DNA from: Azolla caroliniana
Lineage: Eukaryota; Plantae; Polypodiophyta
DNA length: 64,000 bases
NCBI GenBank assembly: GCA_043228905.1
Contig: JBHGNT010000013.1
Coordinates: 17,050,001-17,114,000 of the forward strand
Reading direction: 5' to 3'
Shown here in pieces: positions 48,713 through 60,392 of the stretch. The position numbers were made by a program, and so were the translations under genes. Under the pieces are notes generated by a model. It was not told where the DNA came from. It was given only the letters and a program-made list of their open reading frames with translations, and made no database searches. Numbering within the stretch: position 1 is the stretch's first letter; every line of letters begins with the position of its first letter.

Positions 48713-51482
48713 TGTGCAGAATAGGGCTCGGCCACAACCGAGTCTCGATAAAAAACAACAAAATAGAAATAAAGATTAATGCACTTATACAGAATGAGAC
48801 GACATAGTATGTTTACGTGGAAAACCTCAAGAGGCAAAACCACGAGAGTTCGCCGACTCCAAACAGGATGACTATAGGGTAGAGGTACTACAACGTGAGA
48901 CTTAGAGGCAACGACCTCGAGCTCTGTTTTCAACCGACGGTTATAACAAAAAAGCTTTCTGTATCTCTCTCTCTCCCTCTCTATACAACAAGAATGATAA
49001 TAGCAACAACTACAAAAACAACATAATAAACATTGTTGCCCTAGTTATATTTGTACTTATATAACTTTAAGACTATTTACAAATATGACCTAAAACAGTC
49101 ACATCTGAACATATACATAAGCTAATGTTTGGTCGGATACCAATCGGATCCATCCGATCCGGTTTCCAGATATCTTCCGGATCCATGTGGTCCGGTTCTT
49201 TCCTTCGGCTCGTCCGATATGGCTTGTCCGATTCTCATCCGGATCCCATCCAGAGGGACCGAATTCCCAACAAACTCCCCATTCACTCCAACATGGGATG
49301 TCTTGTCAATCCTATTAGTTTCTGGCACACGTCCAACTTCTCAGCTAACAACACCTTGGTCAGCATGTCCGACCTTGTCTCCTCCGTGTGGATCTTCGTC
49401 AGCAAAAACTCTTTATCTTTTACTTTCTCCCAGAGTCAATGGTATCTCCTCTGGATGTGCTTGTTCCGGGAATGGTAGGCCACGTTGTCGCGAAGTTTCG
49501 CGCGCGCGTGTTACTTGGGCGGGACCACGGGGGTCTCGGACTAGGGAGTACTCAAGGGATAGAGAAGACCCGAGGTTTTCTTTATGACAATACTACTTCC
49601 CCACCCCTTCCCGAGCAAGGTCTCGTTCCCCTTTTGTTTTGTGAGGCCGGTGGCTCTCGTTGATCATGACTCGTCGACCTTCCGAGATCACCGTACGAGC
49701 CAAGTGACCAAACGAGTACAAGCAAGATGAGCACACAACATGAACGCACAAGGGGACGATAACACAAACACGAATGTCCGTACGGCTTTATGAGGAGGAG
49801 AGGTGCATGGGCGCGCCCGAACGCTCCCTCGTGACAAGACGTCGAACGTACGAGGAAGACACAAAACACACACACAAAATGCTCGTATGCCTTTATGAGG
49901 AGGAGAGGTGCATGGGCAAGCCCGAACGGTCCCCTCATCACAAGACGGTCGAACGTACGAGGAAGACACAAACACACACACAAATGCTCGTACGCCTTTA
50001 TGAGGAGGAGAGGTGCATGGGCAAGCCCGAACGGTCCCCTCGTCACAAGACAACCAAACGTACAAGGAAGACACAAACACACACACAAAATGTTCGTACG
50101 CCTTTATGAGGAGGAGAGGTGCATGGGCAAGCTCGAACGGTCCCCTCGTCACAAGACGGCCGAACGTACAAGGAAGACACAAACACACATACAAATGCTC
50201 GTATGCCTTTATGAGGAGGAGAGGTGCATGGGCAAGCCCGAACGGTCCCCTCGTCACAAGACGGCCGAACGTACAAGGAAGACACAAACACACATATAAA
50301 TGTTCGTACGCCTTTATGAGGAGGAGAGGTGCATGGGCAAGCCCGAACGGTCCCCTCGTCACAAGATGGCCAAACCTACAAGAAAGACACGAATAAAGAA
50401 AGAAGGAGAGAAAGAAACACGAACGATATTGACCAAAGAGTTAAATACGTGTTCGATTCTAATGCAACAGGACCCTTTATAAAATAGGGTTTTGTTTACA
50501 ATGGCAACTTATAGTTAACCACAAGCTCAATCAAAACATAAATATTAAATGCCCTTAGAGACAAGGCATAACCGAACACGGCGAAGACAAACACACGAGC
50601 ACCACCAAAATGCCAATCCCAACGAACCACGACCACCCGAACGGCAAGCACACGGGCTCGCAACGACGAACGGGGCGGAGCAACGTCGAACCAACGAAGC
50701 TTGGGCTCACGAGCACGTGGCGATGGGGGGATGAAGGGGTATGAGATGAAGAAAAGTGGTGAGATGAAAAGCTTCGAAGGAAAATTGGCGATAGTCTCCT
50801 CCTCCCAAAACGTCCTTCCAAATGAGCCCTCCTCGACCTCCTTTTATAGGAAAAAAAGAAGGGGGGGTCGCCAAATTTGTCTTCAATGAAAAAGGAATAA
50901 AATTCTTTAAATCACACTACACTGTAAGACTAGATTTGAATTGTGCACCTCTATTTAGTAGTCAATATAACTATCCACTAACCCACTAACTCTTTCTTAT
51001 ATAATATGTAATTCTATCTCTATAAATTTATAGCTTGTCTCCCCTCTACCCTTTATCTCACCTCTCTCTTACTTTTTGCACGAGCTTCTATACCTCCCTT
51101 TTACCCTTTCTTTTCCTTTTTATTTTGCATATGCACAATTAATCGCTTTTGTGTGCACACACATTGCACATACACATTTTTGACCCCCTTTTCGCCGGTT
51201 TTTCCCACCCTCGAGCATGCCACATCACGACAACGTTCTTCGTGAGGTGGATGCCACTTTCACTGTCACAGTAGAGCTAGAACTCCTCCTTCCACATCTC
51301 TAGTTCTCCGATGAAGTCCTTCATCCAGATTACCTCTTTGTTGGCTTCTACAACCATCATGTATTCCACTTCCGTTGTTGACAATGCAATGGACTTTTGC
51401 AGCCTCGACTATCACGATACGGCTCCCCATACACATGTCATGACATATCCGGATATAGAGCAGCTGGTGTCTGCATCAGCTG
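48713..51482 (-). mobile_element. 3' end of Copia element I (3' LTR 48713-49272, RNase H), interrupted by a solo LTR of family A
   Basis: TGTGCAGA...CCCAACA with a PPT; the RNase H remnant is collinear with 60500-60960. Confidence 0.82.
49486..51232 (-). mobile_element. Solo LTR of Gypsy family A (~1.75 kb) with a ~6-unit 105-bp array (~49770-50390)
   Basis: TG..CA termini; 4-bp TSD ACGT (49482-85 and 51233-36); collinear with 21995-23567. Confidence 0.93.
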
Positions 51483-53991
51483 TGTAAAAGAATACGTGCA
51501 GAAGCTTAACAGACACAACCGGGTAACAACAAACAAAAGAAAAGAGACAAGGAAGGTTTAATGGTAAGCTTAATCAACACAACATACGCAGGAGAGACAG
51601 AGAGAGTAGAACACAGAAAACTCTATTACACAACAATACTATAAAACTTTGTACACAGGATGTGCTCAGAGAGCACTTTTATACAAGTCCATATGGACTG
51701 ACAAAAGTACTGATTCGTACTTCAATGCTCATTTATGAGCCCCTACACTAGCTCCCAAAATATATTCCTCTACGGAATATCTATCCAACGGCCTCCTAGT
51801 TTACGCACCGCTACAATATCTCGTTGCGCACCCGGTTTATGCACTGGTTTACGCACCCAATGTTGAGCTTGTATCTCAACACTCCCCCTCAAGCTTAACT
51901 TGAGGTTCCGCTTGCTCTTCTGGATCTTCGCTCCGGCTTCGCCTGGCTTCACACCTTGCTCACGCTCCTCGACCCATTCGATTCCCCGCGCCTCGACCCT
52001 TTCGGTTGACTTGTCTGCTCGTGTTGTCACGGTGTTGGCGCCTCTTTTGCTAACCTTTCCTCCGCTTGTCCTTCAGTTGATTCGACGTCTCTGAGCCGAA
52101 CATTCGAACTGAATCGGTTGTGTCCGATTCGTTTCCACTCTTTCTTGAATTGGTTGTCTCCAATTCGTCTTCTGTCTTCAGGCCCTTAACCACATCGACC
52201 ATGTCTTGGTCTTGGCCTTCTCGCCCTTCTTGGCTTCATCTTCCCCTTGTTCAACTGACTCTGGCTCTTCCCTTTGGTTGTTGCCCTTGTTTCCGCCTTC
52301 GGTTTCTTCAGTCGACCTAAAATCAAATTCTTCATCCGACTCGGCTTCGCGGTCATTTCCATTCCCTTCCTGCTCCCTTTCCTGATCTTTTTTCCCCCTC
52401 AAGTTCGGCATGTTGAGGTGCTACAAACCAAGCGCACCCGAGAATTGCTACAACTTGTCGAGACCAAGGGGCTAGGTGAAGATCCATCAGAACATATACT
52501 AGTTCGACTTCACCGGAGAGGACACGCTCGCAGACAAAATGGTAGTGCACCTCAATGTGCTCGGTCCAGGCATGGAAGACGGGGTTCTTCGCAAGTTGGA
52601 TGATGTTGAGGTTGTCGCAGTAGATCGTCGTCGGATCGGACACCTCCACCTGTAGATCCTTGAGTAGCCTCTTGAGCCAAATGGTTTCACATGTAGTGAC
52701 ATCTGCTCCTCGATAGTGCAAATGTCGGTTACTTCTTGTTGCTCCAGGCGATCGCGACGCTCCCAAGCGAGAAAGCGAACCCAAATGTGGATCTACGATC
52801 ACCAACGTTTCTGTCCCAATCAACATCCGAGTAGCCGACGAGTTGTCTAGCAATATTGGTCTGATATAGTAGCACCCTATCCTTAGTGTCGCGTGTCAAG
52901 AATCGTGACCGGCCACAACCGACTTCTCGTTCGGATGTTTGGGTGCAGGGAATGTAAAGTAGAATGCACTCAGACAGGGAGTATCATGAATCTGATTATT
53001 CTAATGGGTCATGTATTGATTACTCATAGTTCAGGGGTGCAATGGAATCTCCTTTACGAAAACAGAAATAGCACAAGAGATAGAGACACTTGATTTTAAC
53101 GTGGAAACCCGAAATGGGAAAAACCACAGGGGTCCACAAACCCTGAGAAACAGAATCACTATGCTAAAAGGAGGAGTACAACTAGAAGCTCCGAGGCAAC
53201 GACCTCGAGATTCTATTTCGTCAACAGACGGCTACAGAGTTACACACGCTCTCACTCTCACTCACTTACTGTTACACAGTTACAGAGGCAACGACCTTCT
53301 AAGTAACATTTTCAACAATAACTCATCATCATCATTTTGGGTTATTTACACAGTTACTAGTACACCTTTTGGGTTATTTACAAGTGTAGCCCATCAGGGC
53401 ATATTTAGACTATTTACAAGTATAGTCTTCTGAGTTGGCTGTCTACACGATTTCGGTTTCGGCCACGGTTGAGTTTCTCATTAACTTGGCTCCTCTCTTC
53501 CCATCTGGAGGGACCTGTTTCCTAACACTGCGGACATAACGCAGTATCCTTTGCGTGCATTGAAGGTGTTTGGTTGTGGGCTGCGACATAAATTGACTGA
53601 TTAGGCCGATCGGGTAACTAAGATCCGGCTGAGTGATCGTCAAATAAATTAGGCTTCCGACAATCTGTCGGGTCACACAGCTTTCCCGAATCTCGGCAAA
53701 GCTTGACGCTTCTGTTCAAAGGAGTGGAGATGGACTTATAGTCTACCATCCCGAATTTGAAGAGCATACTCAACACGTAATGTCGTTGGCTGATCAGTAT
53801 GCCTTCGAGGGTGCGGATCACCTCGATCCCTAGGAAGTAATGAAGGTCCCCTAGGTCCTTCATGTCGAAAGATGCCGCGAGCTGGGACTTTATGTGGCCA
53901 ATTTCATCTAGATCGGTGCCGGCGATGACTAAATCATCAACATAAAGTAAAATACTAACCAGTCCATGTCGACCTTGCTGGACGAACAATG
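51483..53991 (-). mobile_element. 3' part of Copia element J, related to C (3' LTR 51483-51881, RNase H, RT)
   Basis: LTR and RT/RH similar to C (SILLYVDDL, MKDLGDLHYFLGIEVIRT). Confidence 0.85.
52894..53527 (-). mobile_element. Solo LTR K (Copia, related to I/L/N) inside J
   Basis: TGTCAAG...CCTAACA; decayed TSD TCGCG/CTGCG; J coding resumes across it. Confidence 0.82.
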
Positions 53992-54610
53992 TGTGCAAAA
54001 ATAACGCTCGACCACAACCGAGTCTTAAAACAACGAATGGAAGAGAACAAACTCAAGCAGAGATGACACATGATATTTCCGTGGAAAACCCTAATAGGGA
54101 AAAAAAAACCATGGGAGTCCACGGACTCCAAACTATCACTATATAAGAAAGGTACAATCAGAAACTCGGAGGCAATGACCTCGAGCTCTATATCTTCGCC
54201 AAGCAACGGTTACGATAGAGTATCGCTCTGTATGTCTCTCTCTCTCTCTCTCTAGTCTCCTCTCTAAATCAATCAAATTCATCTTTCTCCTCTCTCTCTC
54301 TCTCTCTCTCTCTCTAGTCTCTAGTCTCTTCCTTCCCATGTTCCTCTCTGTGTAACGACTCTTTCCGCCGTTGTTGTCGCCGTTTATTGTCGTCACCGTC
54401 GTTGTCGCCGTCGTCTGCATCCGCTGTCTGCTACCGACTGTTGCTGTCGTCATCTGACGACTACCGCTGTCTGCTACCATCTGCAGCCGTCTTCTGCCGT
54501 CTGCAACCGTCGCCGTCTGCGCCGTTTATTGTCGTCGCCGTCGTCTGCAGCCGTCGTCTGCAGTCGACTGTTGTTGTCGTCGTCTAACAACTACCGTTGT
54601 CTGTTGCCGT

Positions 54611-54757
54611 CGCCGTCTGCTACCGTCTGCAACCGTCTTATGCCGTCTGCAACCGTCTTATGCCGTCTTATGCCGTCTGCAACCGTCTTATGCCGTCTAC
54701 AACCGTCTTATGCCGTCTGCTACCGTCTTATGCCGTCTGCTACCGTCTTATGCCGTC
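54611..54757 (+). repeat. 10-bp-period minisatellite (nnCCGTCTnn) in the LINE 5' UTR
   Basis: Alternating TGCCGTCTGC / AACCGTCTTA units, about 14-15 decamers. Confidence 0.9.
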
Positions 54758-55072
54758 GTCTGCCGTCTGTTGCCATCGTTTGACGATTGCCACCGTTGCC
54801 GTCGCCGTCGTTGTCGCGAGGTGTTTCTTCTCCGTTTTCTCTTGACGTTGCGAAGTGCCATTTTCTTGACGAGTTCGTGGGTGGGTTCTTTTGGTGTGCT
54901 CGTCGCGTGCTACAAAATGTCGATGTGATTGCGACATACACACAAACTCAGCTAAGTCTCGAACCCATTTATTTTACCTTTTTTTCTTATTGACACCACA
55001 ATTACGTCTAAACGAACTAAGGAACATAGGGATATACAAGACGAGGCTATAAGTAAGGAGGACTTTTTAGAT

Positions 55073-55813
55073 ATGTTTAATCGTTTAACAAAAATAGAGA
55101 TGGATATGAAAAAATGGGTGAAAGACGCTGAAACCCACAAGAAAAAAGATAGAGAGGAAAAAGACGCCCTCAAGGCCGAAATAGAACAACTTAAAGTAGA
55201 AAACACCGACCTTAAAAAACAACTTAAGGACATCGAGGTATCTCGAGAAGACGGTGAAATATCCTCTATAGAGGATATAAAGGACAAAATTAAAAAAGTT
55301 AAAGAGGAAGTTAATAATAACATAGAGTTAGCTAAAACGGGTTGGGTAGATGTGGTTAAAAGAAACATTAAAAAAGAAATAAAAGATGAAAATATTGTTA
55401 ATACCACCCTTGAAGAAGAGAAAATGCGTCAGGCCCGACACTTAAATGTACATGTCACTGGGCTCAAGGAAGGTGCAACCCCAAATGAGGATGCACAAAC
55501 ACTTGGGAAAATGTTAGGGTACACAGAGGCCCTACCTATCACCAAAGCATGGAGGGTCGGGCGTGACACAACTAGGAAGAGAGCCTTAGTCCTTCAATTT
55601 AAAGACTTAGACTCTAGAATCACTTTCTTTAAGAAGAGACCAATCCTTTGAGGAATGGGTGGGGACCCCATCTATCTCGATGAAGACCTCACTAAGATGC
55701 AAATTGAGCATCGCAAGAGTTGTATGCCACGAGTTATGCAAGCTCACAAAGAAGGCCATCACGCCTTTTACCGAGGCGGGCGAGTGATCATAAATGATCG
55801 CACTACTAATTGA
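55073..55813 (+). pseudogene. LINE ORF1 (coiled coil plus RRM/CTD-like), one in-frame TGA at 55649
   Basis: Coiled-coil-like N-terminus, then VTGLKE, AWRVGR and IYLDEDLT. Confidence 0.8.
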
Positions 55814-55849
55814 CGGCGTGTGGCCCATGTGACAGAAAATGCACTTAGG

Positions 55850-58800
55850 ATGACCTTATGGAATTGTAACGTCGCACTTTGGGCACACCCCGGCCGCCTA
55901 GAGGAGATACTAAAGGTATCTGATATACTTTTCTTGGTAGAAACACATCAGAGCCCAAATAGAGGACTCCCACGGGTCGAAGGATTCTGTTGGGAGTCCG
56001 CTTTTAGACAAACCTCACGTCGACACACTACTAGGGGATCTGGAGGTGTCGCGATATTGTTTCGTAGAGAGCTACATAATAGGATAGAAATAATGAAGAT
56101 AGACCTAGAAGCTCGTTTTATGTGGGTGAAAGTCTCCACAAGCAAAGACCAGGCAATATTTTTCTCCATTTGTTACTTTCCCCCAAAAGGAATGCCACAT
56201 GGGCCTTCTCCATACGAACCCCTATCGGATGACATAATCCGATATTCTTCCCAAGGAGAAGTATTTCTTGTAGGAGACTTCAATGCGAGAACCCAATCCT
56301 GACAATGCACAGTATTTCAGATGAATAGAAACCTAGAAATGGTAAATGTTGATCCTTTAGGCATAAGCACCACACGTAGATCAAAGGATCAAGGTGCGGA
56401 CGCCATGAGCTTTGGCCATCATCTGCTCGAACTTGGCAGTCGGCACCGGATGGTCATATATAATGGTTTAGCTAAGTGGCCGGTCTCGGAAGAGCTCACA
56501 TGTTTCCTACATGGAGGAGGGGAAAGCACAGTTGATTATCTAATAGGACGCCCTGAAGCTACCCACATGATTAACTCCTTCCGAGTGGCCCCATGCCCTA
56601 TTGGCGCAGACCATAGTTTCTTATACTTCGAGCTAAAATGTGATATCTCTAAGGTCACCAAGTCTAGTCAACCATGCCATCACACCACAATACATTTCAC
56701 ACATGAGCTCTCTGACATATACTCTCAACATGTTCAGGCCCATCTCCCCTCCCTTGATCCCTCCCTACCGTTAGAAAGCCTTAGTACGAAACTCACACAC
56801 ATCCTTCACTCTGCAGCAGCTAGCAGTTTCCCATATACAAAACACTCAAATCAAGGTAAATCAGGATCAATGCCACAAAATAAATGGTATGATGAGGATT
56901 GTAGGGACTTACATAGACAACTTACAGTATCGCAACTCAATGGTAGTATTACCTCCATACAAGCTCGCAAAGAAATGCGCAAGATGACACGTCGTAAGAG
57001 ACGAGCGTGGGAGGCATCCCAATATTGGGAACTCTACCATATGCTCAGGAGTAGCGATTGCGCCATGGCATGGAAGAGACTACGGGAGCCAAGACCACAA
57101 ACACCCATCGAAGATCCCGAAACTTGGCACACATATACAGAGAGACTTTACCAAATCCCAAACCAACCACCCATTCCAATGCCTTCCACACCCCGGCCTA
57201 CCACGGGGACACTTTTCACGACCTCTAGGGTCGTGAAGGTCATAAAGAAATTACAACATAGGAAGTCCATGGACCACACAGGATTGCGAGCAGAACACAT
57301 TATATATGCGAGAGAGTGCCTATCTCCCTTGCTAACTCTAATCTTCAATCGTGCCCTTGCGGAGGGTTTTCCACCATAGTGGACTATGAATACAATGGCC
57401 CCCATACATAAAGGGGGGGACCCCATGGACCCAAATACATATAGGACCATTATGATAGGCCATACCCTTGCTAAGTTATATGGTGCAGTAATGGAAGCAG
57501 AGCTTAGCGACTATATGGAGACCCTAAACCTTCGTGCACCTGAACAAGCTGGCTTTAGACGAGCCTTCTCCACTATTGATCATATCTTCACACTTAGATG
57601 CCTAATTGACCAAACTAAGGCTCGCAAGAAGAAATTATATTGTTGTTTTGTGGACTTCCGCAAAGCCTTTGACACAGTCCCTAGAGAGCGGTTGTTTGAT
57701 AGACTTAAAAGCTTGAGGATACCGGATGATATGGTATGGGCCATCTACACACTATATGAACAAGTGTCCGGGTGTGTCCGATGCCCAGGTGGACTATCTA
57801 ATCGTTTCACTAGCACTATTGGTGTAAAACAAGGTTGCCCCCTATCACCGACGCTTTTTGGGATCTACATTGATGAGATCACAGATTTTATTGCTCGTGA
57901 GGGAGGCGCCAGAGTGGTCCTTGGGGATACGCAAGTTCATATCTTGCTCTATGCGGATGACATAGTTTTGCTCTCTGAATCCAAACATGACCTACAAAGG
58001 CACCTTAATGCCTTAGATGACTTTTGTGTACAACGAGGATTGGTAGTGAATCTAGGGAAAACGAAAGTCCTTATCTTCCACACATCGGCCCAAGTTAGAG
58101 CTAAGTGTCACCTAACTATCTCCCATAGCCCAATCGAGGTGTTGGATCATACGTCTATCTCGGAGTCACTTTTAGTGCCCGCTTAGGTAAATTTTCGATG
58201 ACACAGGCAGCAAAGGATAGACTCACGAGAGGACATGCATCCCTCTCACTCCTAGAGAGACAATGCCACCAAGCACACTTTCAAGAACCACGGACTAAAG
58301 GGTGGCTCTTTGACTCATTAGTGACCCCCTCCCTCATGTATGCATCAGAGGTTTGGGCTCCAGGATTACCATCTTTCATGTGGACGCAATTAGAGAGACC
58401 ATTGGCGATGATGCTATCACGCCAACTCCGAAGCAAATCGACTGTACCACATGACATTATTAGGGTTGAGTTCACGTTACCCCCAATGTTAGTAGAGGCA
58501 CTTTTTCAACTTGTAGTCTTCATTCACAGGATACATAGCCAACCACATGATAGAATATCTCATCAAGCCTTTAAGGCCTCTCGATCATTGTATGAGTCCG
58601 GCTATACTAGCTCATGGTATGGCATGATGGTGAGTTGGCTTCTTGCAAATGGTCTAGACATTAATAACCTACCTCCCCTTAGGTACAACCACACGAGTGA
58701 TAACACTTTAATCTCTCATGAGGACCGCAATAAAGTAATACGCCAAGAAATATGGCAAATTTACACTCGGTGTAAATGGATCACCCCACTAGAGCCACTC

Positions 58801-59517
58801 CCATCTAAAATGTTGTACTATAAGAAACACATCATGCACTTCTCTAAGTTAGGTTTTATCACGCAGCCAAAATATCTAGATGTATTCTTACCACATGCAC
58901 TAAGGGTTGCCATTGGACAACTTAGAATATCATCTCACCAACTTGAGATTGAGAATGGCCGTACTAGTGGAGTCCCTAGGGAGGAAAGGATATGTAGGTT
59001 ATGTCACATAGAGATAGAGGATGAGTACCACTTTACATGCAAATGTCCAACCTATGCCGAGATAAGGGCAAAATACCAAGACATACTTGGTTCGTCTCCC
59101 ACCCTCCCCAAACTATTAGATACTCTAGATATAAAGAAATTAGGCAAATACATTCTAAAGCTAAAACAACACAGAGAGAATAAGTTACAAAATGTTGACA
59201 ATAATGTTGCTAATGATCACGAACATGTAACAAATGAAGTTTTTCAGGAACAGGGGGAGACAACGAATGCCGACACACTTGCACCACTCGGCCTTTCCAT
59301 TGATGAGGCAGAAAACCAGAGAAGAACCAGACGTCCTCGGGTGCCGGGTTTCAAAGCAACTCGACGTGATGTGGAAGCAATATTGAAAATAAGGGAACGT
59401 GAGCTACACCGCCTAGAAGCCATGGCCAGGGCACTCTCTACATTGGAACCACAGATCACACCCACATCAAGACCCTTTGACCCCCCACTTCTTTTCGAGA
59501 GGCTTAGGTGGAAATAA
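55850..59517 (+). pseudogene. LINE ORF2 (AP endonuclease, RT, C-terminal CCHC); stops at 56300 and 57377, frameshift near 58143
   Basis: APE motifs WNC, ET, SGGVA, GDFNAR and ADH; RT motifs QAGFR, DFRKAFD, QGCPLSP and YADD; LRISSHQLEIENGR..CRLC..EDEYHFTCKC. Confidence 0.9.
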
Positions 59518-59816
59518 AATTAGGCTTAGTGTATAGTCACTTTCGAGTATACTACGTATTGTACACTACTAGAACTCTTTTAGTTTAAGTTCTATTTTTT
59601 ACTTTATTTTATTTTAGTTATGATGATTGGATAAATACTCTTTTGTTGTAAACCAATTGTCTCATGGGCCAAATTTGGCCTTAGAAGACGTTAATATATC
59701 TTTCTTTCTTCTTTCTCTCTCTCTCTCTCTCTCTCTCTATACAACAGTTATGCACATACAACAATATGACAACGCCCACTTCTATGATTGCCCCATGTCA
59801 TATTTATACTCATATG

Positions 59817-60392
59817 TGATAGGATACTTGTCTCCAACTATCCTCAGCCACAATCGAGACATCGGATCAGTCACAGAAAATAGGGATGTGGAGAGATGTA
59901 TCTACGCACGAAACAGTAAAGAAGAGAGTGCACAGGATGTTAACGTGGAAAAACCAAATATGGGAAAAACCACAGTAGCCCTAAGACTGCAAAATATCAC
60001 TATATCAAGATTACAACAATGGGGCACAGACGCAACAACCTCTTGCTCCCTCGCTTCGCCACCAGGCGGTTACAACAAAGGCAACAACCTCTGTATATCG
60101 CTCTCTCTACCTCTCTTACGCACTGTACAGAAGTTACACCAATAACTCTATCATCGTCTATTAAGTTTCCCCTAGGTCATATTTATACTAATATGACTTT
60201 CGGGCTATTTACACATATAGCCCTAGTGGGCTCTCTGGAACATATTTACATATATGTCCCTTCCATCCGATGAGAGGTTCTCACCGGGCCTGCAACATCC
60301 AGTTCTCACCGGGTCTTCTGTTGCCGGGTACGCCACATCCGGATTCGACCGAGGCCAATATCTTCCCATCCGGAGGGACCTGTTTCCTAACA
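59817..60392 (-). mobile_element. Solo LTR N inserted in LTR L
   Basis: TGATAGG...CCTAACA with a perfect TSD ATATG (59812-16 and 60393-97); the host LTR resumes as in the copy at ~63866. Confidence 0.88.

Larger units (their letters stand above)
54254..59714 (+). mobile_element. Near-intact full-length RTE-X-like LINE M (~5.4 kb) in the (CT)n tract of LTR L
   Basis: Long GC-rich 5' UTR, ORF1, APE-RT-zinc-finger ORF2, 3' palindrome and (CTTT)n tail. The boundaries are blurred by the microsatellite. Confidence 0.9.

Noticed and set aside
49770-50390. 105-bp arrays as a CRISPR array or hammerhead retrozyme
   Set aside because: The whole unit repeats with no unique spacers, there are no cas genes, and no CUGAnGA/GAAA core is visible. 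It is an LTR-internal tandem repeat.
54080-54112. GTGGAAAACC...AAAACCA(C/T) motif in the I/K/L/N LTRs as a novel element
   Set aside because: It resembles a motif common in Tnt1/Tork-type Copia LTRs and is explained by shared ancestry.
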